DNA of 64,000 nucleotides, taken from NCBI GenBank assembly GCA_964409175.1, contig CAYPCG010000002.1, positions 4,606 to 68,605 on the forward strand, given 5' to 3'. Below, in pieces: positions 1 through 8,372 of the stretch; position 1 is the first letter of the stretch; the number at the start of each line of letters is the position of its first letter. Source of the stretch: an uncultured Burkholderiaceae bacterium. GTDB lineage: Bacteria > Pseudomonadota > Gammaproteobacteria > Burkholderiales > Burkholderiaceae_A. The translations under genes were made by a program, and so were the position numbers. The notes under the pieces were generated by a model. That model did not search any database and was not told the origin of the DNA. It saw only the letters and a program-made list of their open reading frames with translations.

Positions 1-219
1 TGACCAAAGAAGTACGCTGGCGCTGTGCGTCGCCGGGCTTTGGGCGACCAAGCTTCTCTTACACCATCAAGTAATTCCTGCGACCACCTGTCATGACCCA
101 ATACAACTTGGGTCATCTCGCAAACTGCTCCCATACAACATAAAGCCGGTACTTGCACTGATTGTGAGTCGACCGCTCACCCGGTAGAGTCTTAGTTCTT
201 ATTTGACCAAGACTGACCC

Positions 220-1152
220 ATGAGACTGATTACCTTTAAACGACACCCGCATTCAGCCCCCGAAATTGGTGCGCGCATCAAAACAGCACAGGATGACCAG
301 GTGCTTCCTTTTGCCGATATGGCAGCACGTCATCAGATTAAAGACTTTCCAACCACCATGCGCACATTCCTACATCGGGGTGACCAGGTCATGGCCACTG
401 CGAAAGCCTGGGCAACAAAGGCGGATGCAGACGCGTTAATCCCGACAAAGACCATTACCTTTTTACCGCCCATCGGGGACGCAGAGAAATTTCTCTGCGT
501 CGGGAAAAATTATCGTAAGCATCTTGCTGAGCTTGAGCGCAATAACCTCATTAAAGAAATTCCCGAAGAGCCGACAGGCTTTATCAAGCTGAATTCCTGT
601 CTTGCAGGGCACCAACAGACCGTCGTGAAACCCAAGGGCATTGACCGACTCGACTATGAGCCGGAGCTTGTCTTTGTCATGGGAAAGCGCGCGCTTGGCG
701 CCTCAAAAGATGATGCATTTTCCTATGTCGCAGGCGTCACCATTCTGAATGACCTGACCGATCGTGATCTGCAGCAACGAGAAGTAAAGTCAGGCTCACG
801 ATTCTGGACCGCCAAAAATATTCCTGGGTTTGGTCCTCTGGGTCCTGAGATCATCACCATCGATGAAATCGCCAACCCTTATGACCTATGGATGATCTGT
901 CGCGTCAACGGAGAAGAACGGATGCGCGTCAATACCGAGGAGCAGATCTGGAAGTTCCCGGACATTCTTCAGCACTTCTCACGCTTCATTCCGATTGAGC
1001 CCGGCGATATGTTTTCTACCGGCGCCCCTGGTGGGGTGGCGGTGGGTAAACCAAATGCAGAAGATTATTTCCTGCGCCATGGCGATGTTGTTGAATGTGA
1101 AATCGAAGGAATTGCAACACTCAGTACAACTATTATCGAGGAGACTAAATAG
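220..1152 (+). CDS. Fumarylacetoacetate hydrolase (FAH) family protein
   Basis: 310-aa ORF. The C-terminal half has FAH-fold blocks (YEPELVFVMGK, TILNDLTDRD, GFGPLGP, GDMFSTGAPGGV). Its stop abuts the next start (TAGATG). Confidence 0.8.
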   Translation: MRLITFKRHPHSAPEIGARIKTAQDDQVLPFADMAARHQIKDFPTTMRTFLHRGDQVMATAKAWATKADADALIPTKTITFLPPIGDAEKFLCVGKNYRKHLAELERNNLIKEIPEEPTGFIKLNSCLAGHQQTVVKPKGIDRLDYEPELVFVMGKRALGASKDDAFSYVAGVTILNDLTDRDLQQREVKSGSRFWTAKNIPGFGPLGPEIITIDEIANPYDLWMICRVNGEERMRVNTEEQIWKFPDILQHFSRFIPIEPGDMFSTGAPGGVAVGKPNAEDYFLRHGDVVECEIEGIATLSTTIIEETK

Positions 1153-2097
1153 ATGAAGTACAGGTTCTTTGCAGCAGCTGCTGCTGCACTCACGATCGCT
1201 GCAACGCCAGCGATGGCACAGGATGCCTTCCCTTCAAAACCCATTCGTGTTGTCGTCCCGTTCCCGACCGGGGGTGGTGCCGATACCCTTATCCGACTGA
1301 TGTCGCCCGCATTAACAGACCTCTGGAAGCAGTCGGTAGTGATTGAGAATAAGCCTGGTGCAAGTGGCCATATCGGTGCGGCCGACGTTGCGAAATCCGC
1401 GCCTGATGGCTATACGCTGATGATGGGCACAACCGCATCGATCAGCGCCAAGAACGTCGATACACTGACACCGGTAGCGCTCGTCTCTGCATCACCCTAT
1501 CTTTTAACGATCCATCCCAGTATTCCTGCCAAATCAGTTGCCGAGCTGATTAGCTACGGGAAGGCCAACCCAGGAGCCCTCAAATTCGGCTCCTCTGGCC
1601 CGGGTTCTGCATCCCATCTGTCGGGGGAACTGTTTAAGGCGATGTCCGGCGTCGACATGCTGCATGTTCCGTATAAAGGGACCGGCCAGGCATTAACGGA
1701 TCTGATCGCAGGCACCATCAATGTGATGTTTGCCCCTGCACAAACAGTTGTTCCTCAGATCCAGTCTAACCGGCTCAAAGGGGTTGCCGTCACCAGTGCA
1801 CGACGCTCCGCATCGCTGCCCGAATATCCCACCATCTCGGAAAATGGACTTCCAGGATATGAGTCTGTTGGTTGGTTCGGTGTCTTTGCTCCTGCAAAGA
1901 CCCCTGCCGCACTCGTCAACAGAATTAATGCGGATATCAACAAGACCCTTGCGTTAGACAAGATCCGTAAAGACATGCTTGCCCGCGGAAGCGATCCCGG
2001 ACCAGTCGGGTCGGCCGATGACTTCGCAAAGTATATGCGTGCTGATATGGCGAAGTGGGCCAAGCTCATCAAAGAAAAAGGCCTTGAGATCCAGTAG
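1153..2097 (+). CDS. Bug/TctC-family tripartite tricarboxylate transporter substrate-binding protein
   Basis: Signal peptide ending AMAQDAFPSKPIRVVVPFPTGGGADT, ~314 aa, typical Bug-family N-terminus. No tctA/tctB nearby. Confidence 0.85.
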   Translation: MKYRFFAAAAAALTIAATPAMAQDAFPSKPIRVVVPFPTGGGADTLIRLMSPALTDLWKQSVVIENKPGASGHIGAADVAKSAPDGYTLMMGTTASISAKNVDTLTPVALVSASPYLLTIHPSIPAKSVAELISYGKANPGALKFGSSGPGSASHLSGELFKAMSGVDMLHVPYKGTGQALTDLIAGTINVMFAPAQTVVPQIQSNRLKGVAVTSARRSASLPEYPTISENGLPGYESVGWFGVFAPAKTPAALVNRINADINKTLALDKIRKDMLARGSDPGPVGSADDFAKYMRADMAKWAKLIKEKGLEIQ

Positions 2098-3687
2098 ATG
2101 ACTGCTGCGATCACGCGGCGTGCGCTTCTCAAAGCGCTGGCAGCCTCCTCCTTGGGGCTGCCAGCAGTGGGTCAGACTCGGCCCACTCTGCAACAAAATC
2201 CGTTTCAACTCGGGGTGGCAAGTGGATCACCCGAATCCGATTCAGTTGTCCTGTGGACGCGCCTATTCTCGGCTGAGTTTCAGGCAGATCCCTCCTTTGC
2301 AACGATCGACTTCCCCGTTCAATGGGAGATTGCGCGCGACCCTGCGTTCTCTGATGTTGTGCAGCGGGGCGTTGCAGTCGCATCGTCCGCCCTTGGACAT
2401 TCAGTTCATGTAGAGCCTGCAGGACTCCCTGCGGGACAGTGGTTCTATTACCGCTTTCGACTGAACGAACACCTCAGTCGAGCCGGCCGAACGAGAACAC
2501 TGCCAGCAGCGCAGTCGACACCCGATCTGCTGCGAGTCGCTTACTGCTCTTGTCAGAACTATGAGCATGGCTACTTCAGTGCCTATCAGCAGATGCTGAA
2601 GGATAAGCCCGATCTGGTGCTCTTTCTCGGTGACTATATCTATGAATACGCGGGAGGCCGAACGAAGCATCCCGTTCGGCAGATCTCACAGGGATGGGTC
2701 ACATCCCTTGACGACTATCGCCAACGCTACGCCATCTATCGACAAGATCCTGATCTGCAGGCGATGCATGCCGCCTGCCCCTGGATCGTGACCTGGGATG
2801 ACCATGAAGTACAAAATGACTACGCGGGCACGCGTCCGGGTAGTCAAGGCCCAGATGTCCCGGACTTTGTCGCCCGCCGCGCCGCAGCCTATCAGGCGTA
2901 CTACGAACACATGCCAATCCGTCAGTCCACGCTAACGCGTGGCGTTGACGGGCTTTTGCAGGGGGCAGAGCTTCGGCTTTATCAACGACTACCATTCGGG
3001 CGTCTCGCATCGCTCACGATTCTGGATTCTCGCCAGTATCGGTCACCCCAAGCCTGCAACCCCAAGGCAAGGCCAGGGGGGGCGTGGATTGACGAGACCA
3101 GCTGTGATGCCCTGTCGGCGCCAGAACGGACCTTGCTCGGGAAGGCCCAGCACGACTGGTTAGCGGACCAGCTTGCGGCAAGCCACGGATTTCGCTGGAA
3201 CATTATTGGCCAGCAGACCGTCTTTAGCCCTTGGGTGTCGCCGCAAAAAGGTCGTCTGCTCAAGCGCAACGATGGATGGGACGGCTATCCCATCGACCGT
3301 CAACGAATTCTGTCAACGCTCCAAAAAAGGGCAGTCCCAAATCTGGTCATGCTCGGCGGAGACATCCATGAGCACTGGATCGGCCAGATCAAGGCAGACT
3401 TCAATCACCCCACGAGCGAGACGTTAGGGGTGGAGTTCTGCGGGACCTCGATTGCAAGCCGAACGAATGGGGAGGCATCACTCCCGGCCAGGCTAGCGGC
3501 AAATCCGCATTTTTCCTTCGCTGACGCCAGCTATCGCGGCTACGGTTTAGCCGAATTTACTCCAGAACGGATGACCGTTCGGCTACAGGCAGTTCGTGAC
3601 CCCAGTCAGCGCAATAGCGATCGCTTCGTGTTAGCGTCCTTTCAAGTGGCGTCTGGATCGACAAGGATTGAACGGCGAGACCCCTAA
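2098..3687 (+). CDS. phoD: Alkaline phosphatase D family protein, Tat-exported
   Basis: Twin-arginine signal (ITRRALLKALAASSLG). PhoD-like metallophosphatase blocks (LFLGDYIYEY, VTWDDHEVQNDY, MLGGDIHEHW). Confidence 0.85.
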   Translation: MTAAITRRALLKALAASSLGLPAVGQTRPTLQQNPFQLGVASGSPESDSVVLWTRLFSAEFQADPSFATIDFPVQWEIARDPAFSDVVQRGVAVASSALGHSVHVEPAGLPAGQWFYYRFRLNEHLSRAGRTRTLPAAQSTPDLLRVAYCSCQNYEHGYFSAYQQMLKDKPDLVLFLGDYIYEYAGGRTKHPVRQISQGWVTSLDDYRQRYAIYRQDPDLQAMHAACPWIVTWDDHEVQNDYAGTRPGSQGPDVPDFVARRAAAYQAYYEHMPIRQSTLTRGVDGLLQGAELRLYQRLPFGRLASLTILDSRQYRSPQACNPKARPGGAWIDETSCDALSAPERTLLGKAQHDWLADQLAASHGFRWNIIGQQTVFSPWVSPQKGRLLKRNDGWDGYPIDRQRILSTLQKRAVPNLVMLGGDIHEHWIGQIKADFNHPTSETLGVEFCGTSIASRTNGEASLPARLAANPHFSFADASYRGYGLAEFTPERMTVRLQAVRDPSQRNSDRFVLASFQVASGSTRIERRDP

Positions 3688-3741
3688 ACAACGGGTGTGG
3701 AACGGGTAGTACACTCTCGGGAAATTTTTTGAAAGGTTCCT

Positions 3742-4287
3742 GTGAAACCCCTTGCGCTGCTCTTGGCCGTCCCCCTCATACTGCTATCGCTCACTGCCAA
3801 TGCGGCAGAGCTCAAAGCAGACCCGGCAGGGCAGACAAGCCCAGCCTCAGCGCTGGCAAGATACTTCTCTGCGCATGAATCTGATGAGTGGTATCTGGGA
3901 CTGTCTCCCATTACCCACCACTACAACCCCAGTAATGAACATTCGCCTGTCTGGCTTGTTGGCGTGCAGCGGATCCGAAAATCGCGCGACATTGCCGGAA
4001 TCGCTTATTTTTCAAATTCATTTCAGCAGCCCAGTGTCTTTATCTATCCCTGGGGGAAGATCTATCGAAATTTTTTAGGGCAACCCAAAGTGTTCGCTCA
4101 GTGGGGGGCAGGGCTACTGTATGGCTATCGCGATCCCTATGAAGACAAGGTGCCCTTTAATCAGAACGGCTACTCGCCAGGTTACATTGTCTCGTTTGGC
4201 TATCAGTTTGATAATCGAATTCAGGCCAAACTTAATCTGCTAGGAACCGCTGGCATCATGTTCCAGGTCTCGCTTCCGCTGAACTAA
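3742..4287 (+). CDS. Secreted small beta-barrel-type outer-membrane protein, PagP-like (tentative)
   Basis: GTG start after GAAAGG. Signal peptide (LSLTANAAE), aromatic-rich alternating pattern, C-terminal hydrophobic end. Loose resemblance to PagP blocks (ITHH.., YFSNSF). The family assignment is weak. Confidence 0.4.
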   Translation: MKPLALLLAVPLILLSLTANAAELKADPAGQTSPASALARYFSAHESDEWYLGLSPITHHYNPSNEHSPVWLVGVQRIRKSRDIAGIAYFSNSFQQPSVFIYPWGKIYRNFLGQPKVFAQWGAGLLYGYRDPYEDKVPFNQNGYSPGYIVSFGYQFDNRIQAKLNLLGTAGIMFQVSLPLN

Positions 4288-4333
4288 TACGGATCATTGC
4301 GCTCTCAACTATTTCGGATCAAAGAGGTTGACG

Positions 4334-4843
4334 ATGCGATTAACGCGACTAAAAGGAATTTTTCGTCTGGCCAGTTTTCTGGTGCTGCTACCCCTCGCGG
4401 GATGTGCGATCGGACAGTACGCCCCATCCGAAAGAGAACTAGGAGTCTCTCGTCAGCAGCTTGAAGAACGCATGGGGAAGCCGACTGGCGAATGGGAAAC
4501 GCCCCAAGGAAGGGTACTTGAGTACGCGAGAGGACCCTATGGCAAGAACACCTACTTCATTACGCTGAATCGCGAGCAGCAGGTGCAACAGTGGTCTCAG
4601 GTGCTGACCTTGGCACAATTTGAAAAGGTTATTCCAGGAATGTCAGCAGATGAAGTGCGCCGGCTGATTGGTCGATCTTTTGAAGTTCGATCCTTAGCGA
4701 GACATCGAGGCGAAGTCTGGTCATACCGCTTTGAATCTGTGTTCTGCGAATGGTTTGAGATTGAATTTACCCAAGAAGGGGCTGTGCGTTCAAAAGGAAT
4801 GGGGATTCCCCCAGAGTGTTCGTTTGATGACGCACGAGATTAA
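4334..4843 (+). CDS. Lipoprotein with BamE/SmpA-OmlA-like domain
   Basis: Lipobox LLPLAGC. Motif GMSADEVRRLIGRS typical of SmpA/OmlA domains. ATG at 4334 chosen over the TTG at 4328. Confidence 0.6.
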   Translation: MRLTRLKGIFRLASFLVLLPLAGCAIGQYAPSERELGVSRQQLEERMGKPTGEWETPQGRVLEYARGPYGKNTYFITLNREQQVQQWSQVLTLAQFEKVIPGMSADEVRRLIGRSFEVRSLARHRGEVWSYRFESVFCEWFEIEFTQEGAVRSKGMGIPPECSFDDARD

Positions 4844-4892
4844 CTAGCAACACAATTTACTCATCGCGACATTCACCAAAGAAAGGTCTTTT

Positions 4893-5270
4893 ATGCGACA
4901 ACTGATTTCGAGTGGCTCTCCCTTTGAAAAGACCATGGGTTATTCCCGTGCCGTCGTACAAGGCAACTTCTGTTTTGTTTCTGGCACGACAGGCTATGAC
5001 TACAGCAAAATGGTCATGCCTGATGCAGTTGCGGAGCAGGCAGAGAATGCGCTAAAGACTATCCAAGGGGCGCTGTCGCAGGCTGGATTTGAGATGAAAG
5101 ATGTGGTCCGTGTGAACTATTACATCTCTGATCCAGCATTTAGTGATGCCATCATTCCGGTGTTAGGTCGCTGGTTCTCAGAAGTTCGGCCGGCAGCAAC
5201 GCTTTTAGTTGTTCAACTAATGAAGCCGGAAATGAAGATCGAGATCGACGTCACGGCCATGAAGGCCTAG
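4893..5270 (+). CDS. RidA/YjgF family enamine/imine deaminase-like protein
   Basis: 125 aa with a YjgF/L-PSP-like pattern (GYSRAVVQGNFCFVSGTTG ... RPAATLLVV ... IEIDVTA). Confidence 0.8.
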   Translation: MRQLISSGSPFEKTMGYSRAVVQGNFCFVSGTTGYDYSKMVMPDAVAEQAENALKTIQGALSQAGFEMKDVVRVNYYISDPAFSDAIIPVLGRWFSEVRPAATLLVVQLMKPEMKIEIDVTAMKA

Positions 5271-6001
5271 TCAAGCGATCGACGCAATACAACCAGCTGA
5301 AATAATCCGCCGAAGGTCGACTGACTAACTTCTGTTGTCAGACCGACCTTTTGGGGTAGCCATGCCATCAGCCCCTGGTCAAAAAGGTCCCCGGCAAACG
5401 GTTCGAGCTTTTTTAAGATCGGTTTCCAGAAATATCGAAGCGGATTAAACCAATGCGGCTTGGAGTAGTCGAGCACAATCAGTCGGCCCCCGGGTTTAAG
5501 CACCCGCAGCGCCTCGGACAGTGTTTTGCGCCGCACATCGGCCGGCTGCTCATGCAAAAGAAAAAATAACAGTACTTGATCAAAGCTTTCGTCTGCGAAG
5601 GTCAGCGCTGCAGCATTCATACAGTGCAGCCCTAATTGTGGATGAGGTCCAATTTTTGCGGCCAGGTTGCCAAGCTGCACGGGCAGAATATCCACGACAT
5701 CCAAGCGTGCTGCGCCTTCCATACGATCCACTATCCGAGGGGTGATGTCGCCATAGGCACAGGCCACTTGAAGCGTGCTCCCCGTTAGAGGCTGACTGAA
5801 TTGCTCAAGTACTGATGATCTCAATCGGTTGTAGTTACCCCAGAGAATCAGGTTCACCATCCACTGGCGCTCGAAAAACCGAACCGCCCTGGGATGGATA
5901 TAGGCCCACCAGTAATGTGCTCGTAGATATTCCGGTACGGGCATCGCAGAGGATGGGCTCGACAGCCGATAGTCTGGATTAGGCTTCTGATGTTTGGTCA
6001 T
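5267..6001 (-). CDS. rquA: RquA-like class I methyltransferase-fold protein (probable rhodoquinone biosynthesis enzyme)
   Basis: 244 aa. The degenerate SAM motif LQVACAYGD replaces GxGxG. Blocks YWWAYIHP, LILWGNYNRL, FFLLHEQP, PGGRLIVLDYSKPHWFNP and LEPFAG match my recollection of RquA rather than UbiE/UbiG. Confidence 0.5.
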   Translation of the reverse strand: MTKHQKPNPDYRLSSPSSAMPVPEYLRAHYWWAYIHPRAVRFFERQWMVNLILWGNYNRLRSSVLEQFSQPLTGSTLQVACAYGDITPRIVDRMEGAARLDVVDILPVQLGNLAAKIGPHPQLGLHCMNAAALTFADESFDQVLLFFLLHEQPADVRRKTLSEALRVLKPGGRLIVLDYSKPHWFNPLRYFWKPILKKLEPFAGDLFDQGLMAWLPQKVGLTTEVSQSTFGGLFQLVVLRRSLD

Positions 6002-6140
6002 GAGATGTGTAGACAGGGCACAGGTCTCAAAGATAGATGATTTTTTTTGATGAAGGGTCGTAAAATCTCAATAAAACATCAAAACAAGAGCACGCTTGCT
6101 GCTTTCAAACAGAGACAATCGCCAAAAAGGAGGGGGTCTT

Positions 6141-6887
6141 ATGTCGTCTACCAGTCAGATGGTGCAGCCAATTCCCACGACAGCCGCATTTGAGTTTCTT
6201 GCTGCCGGCTGGAAAGACATGCGGGCAACGGGCTACCGTGGGGTAGTCTACGGCGTGATCTTCGTCGTCATGGGATACGCCATTCAACTCGTTTACGAAA
6301 ACCTATGGCAGATGACGATGGGAATGACCGCAGGATTTTTTCTTCTCGGACCTTTTTTATGCTGCGGAATCTACGACCTGTCTCGACAGCATGATCGGGG
6401 ATACAAGCCTAATGTCTCAGCAAGCACCCTGAGCTGGTCACGCAACTGGAAGTCGATTGCATTCTTCGCTGCAATCCTGACCTTTTTTATGATCGTCTGG
6501 GCGCGCGTATCCGTGGTGCTGTTTGCGCTGTTTGGCGCCCATAACTATCCTGACTTAAAGCAGATGATCGCGAAGGTTGTATCGCTCGACAATCTTGAGT
6601 TTCTTATTGTCTGGTCGGGTGTCGGCTTTGTCTTTGCTAGCCTAGTGTTTGCAATCTCAGTCATCTCAGTGCCGATGCTTCTCGATCGTGGCACTGACAC
6701 AATGGAGTCCATCTTCGCCAGCGCAAAAGCGCTGTGGAATAACCCAGCCGCAATGCTGATCTGGGCGCTATCGATCGCCGTGATCATCGGCGTCGGGCTG
6801 ATATTTTTTCTTCCGCTGGTCGCGATTACCGCGCCGCTGATCGGACATGCCACCTGGCATGCCTATAAACGGCTAGCGCCGCGCTAA
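6141..6887 (+). CDS. DUF2189-type integral membrane protein
   Basis: ATG at 6141 preceded by AAGGAGGG. About 5-6 predicted TM helices. The N-terminal FLAAGWKDMRATGYRGVVYG block resembles DUF2189. Confidence 0.55.
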   Translation: MSSTSQMVQPIPTTAAFEFLAAGWKDMRATGYRGVVYGVIFVVMGYAIQLVYENLWQMTMGMTAGFFLLGPFLCCGIYDLSRQHDRGYKPNVSASTLSWSRNWKSIAFFAAILTFFMIVWARVSVVLFALFGAHNYPDLKQMIAKVVSLDNLEFLIVWSGVGFVFASLVFAISVISVPMLLDRGTDTMESIFASAKALWNNPAAMLIWALSIAVIIGVGLIFFLPLVAITAPLIGHATWHAYKRLAPR

Positions 6888-7403
6888 CTGATCCACCCGC
6901 TTTTCAAGCCGGTCAATCGCATCCCGGAAGCCACGAATCGCCTGGTGATGGGCGTCCGCCTGTGCCCGTGTGACCACAAGATCAGACTCGTGAATGGCGT
7001 AGTCGGCGACCTGCTTCGCAAGAAGTCCAGCCGGTGAGTTCTTCCAAAAACGATCCCATGGAGAGACGCGCTCTTTAATCAGACTGATCAGGGGGCCAAG
7101 TCGCTCAGCGACCATCGCGTCCCCCTCGATCCTGACAGGCTTTTGAAGATCGGTACTGACCACGATGGTCACGTCTGGATCGTCCGCAGTAACGGGTGCG
7201 GGTTCTGGCGACGCACTGGTCTGCCGAGACGACCGCAAGCCTACTTCCTTCAGTAGACCATCTCGCTCGACCGACCAGTCCACGCTACCGCCTACGGGGA
7301 AAACAATTCGAAGACGCTTCCCCGACAACCCTTTCAGGGCGCGGTGAAAGGGCTCATCTTTTTCGATGGCCCAGTTGATCACCGCGATCAGGTTGTTGAC
7401 CAT
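6873..7403 (-). CDS. ubiJ: Ubiquinone biosynthesis accessory factor UbiJ (SCP2 sterol-binding domain protein)
   Basis: 176 aa, downstream of ubiE and the Tim44-like gene as in the conserved betaproteobacterial ubi cluster. N-terminal SCP2-like region and C-terminal amphipathic helix. Confidence 0.65.
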   Translation of the reverse strand: MVNNLIAVINWAIEKDEPFHRALKGLSGKRLRIVFPVGGSVDWSVERDGLLKEVGLRSSRQTSASPEPAPVTADDPDVTIVVSTDLQKPVRIEGDAMVAERLGPLISLIKERVSPWDRFWKNSPAGLLAKQVADYAIHESDLVVTRAQADAHHQAIRGFRDAIDRLEKRVDQLARR

Positions 7404-7412
7404 CTGGTCGGC

Positions 7413-8357
7413 TTAGCCATTCACCTGCGTAATGCCTGCAAGCTGCCAACCGGTATCGCCAGACTTCACGCGATGCAATGTCCAGATCTCATCAAAGTCG
7501 ACCGCAGGCGCATCGGCCGCCTCGCGGATAAGCCCCGAGAAGCGAACCTGAACTTCATCAACGGGTTTGCCGAATTCGTCGGTTGCATCCGTCATGCCCA
7601 GCCACTCAGCATCAAGATTTACAACCTGGGTCTGATTGTCAGCACCACGACGTCCAGCAATCTGATGCGAGAGTTCGCGGGTCATTTCCGGCGTACAGAA
7701 ATCAGCGAGCGCATGGATATCGCCCTTGTCCCAGATCGCCTGAAGCCGTGTGAACTGCTCGCGGGCGATCTTCATAAAGTCATCGATCTCGGCCTGTGTC
7801 ACGTTCGATACAGGCGCTGCAGCAACGGGGGCAGCGGTAGACGATGCCGATTGCTCAGGCCAGGCCACGTTCCCCGGACGTGCTTCGCCGCCCAGATCCG
7901 TATTGCCATAACCACTCTTGGCCATTGCGGGCTGACCATAACCGCCGGCAGCGGCCTGACGACGGGCCGACAGCATACGAAAGACGACAAACACGGCCAT
8001 CACAGCCAACGCGATGAGCAGCAAGCTCATGAGTTCTTCACCAAGGCCCAGGTACGAGGCCAGGGCCGCAAGGCCAAGTCCCGCAGCAATGCCCGCCAAG
8101 GGCCCCATCCAGCTCTTGCGTGCGGGTTGAGCTGCAGCTGCTGCAGGCTGTGCCGCGCCGGGCTGCGTCGCTGTCTGACCCTGAGGGGCCGTCTGCGGCT
8201 GGGCAGGTTTTGCGGGAACGGTCTGAGGCGTGGCACGGCTCGGGGCGGTACGACCAATATTCGATCCACCCCCAAGGCGCTTTGCCTCCGCCTCAAAAAT
8301 TGGGGCGGCAAAAACGAAACCGCTAACGAGTACTGCAAGCCACTTTGAATGCTTCAC
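7413..8357 (-). CDS. Tim44-like domain membrane protein
   Basis: Signal/anchor, P/Q/A-rich low-complexity linker, TM segment, and a C-terminal Tim44-like domain (FMKIAREQFTRLQAIWDKGD ... WTLHR ... WQLAGIQQ-type end). Confidence 0.8.
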   Translation of the reverse strand: MKHSKWLAVLVSGFVFAAPIFEAEAKRLGGGSNIGRTAPSRATPQTVPAKPAQPQTAPQGQTATQPGAAQPAAAAAQPARKSWMGPLAGIAAGLGLAALASYLGLGEELMSLLLIALAVMAVFVVFRMLSARRQAAAGGYGQPAMAKSGYGNTDLGGEARPGNVAWPEQSASSTAAPVAAAPVSNVTQAEIDDFMKIAREQFTRLQAIWDKGDIHALADFCTPEMTRELSHQIAGRRGADNQTQVVNLDAEWLGMTDATDEFGKPVDEVQVRFSGLIREAADAPAVDFDEIWTLHRVKSGDTGWQLAGITQVNG

Positions 8358-8372
8358 TGTCTGTCTCCTAAG

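Noticed and set aside
93-116. 8-bp inverted repeat ATGACCCA-N8-TGGGTCAT, and a possible minus-strand ORF starting at 116 and running off the window edge
   Set aside because: The 38 codons visible (MTQVVLGHDRWSQELLDG...) match nothing I recognise. The repeat has no U-tract and no known operator consensus. Too little sequence to support a feature.
7344-8348. 334-aa ORF on the plus strand
   Set aside because: It is fully antisense to the well-supported Tim44-like gene. The translation is Arg/Gly/Cys-rich low-complexity with no recognisable motifs, typical of a GC-rich shadow ORF.
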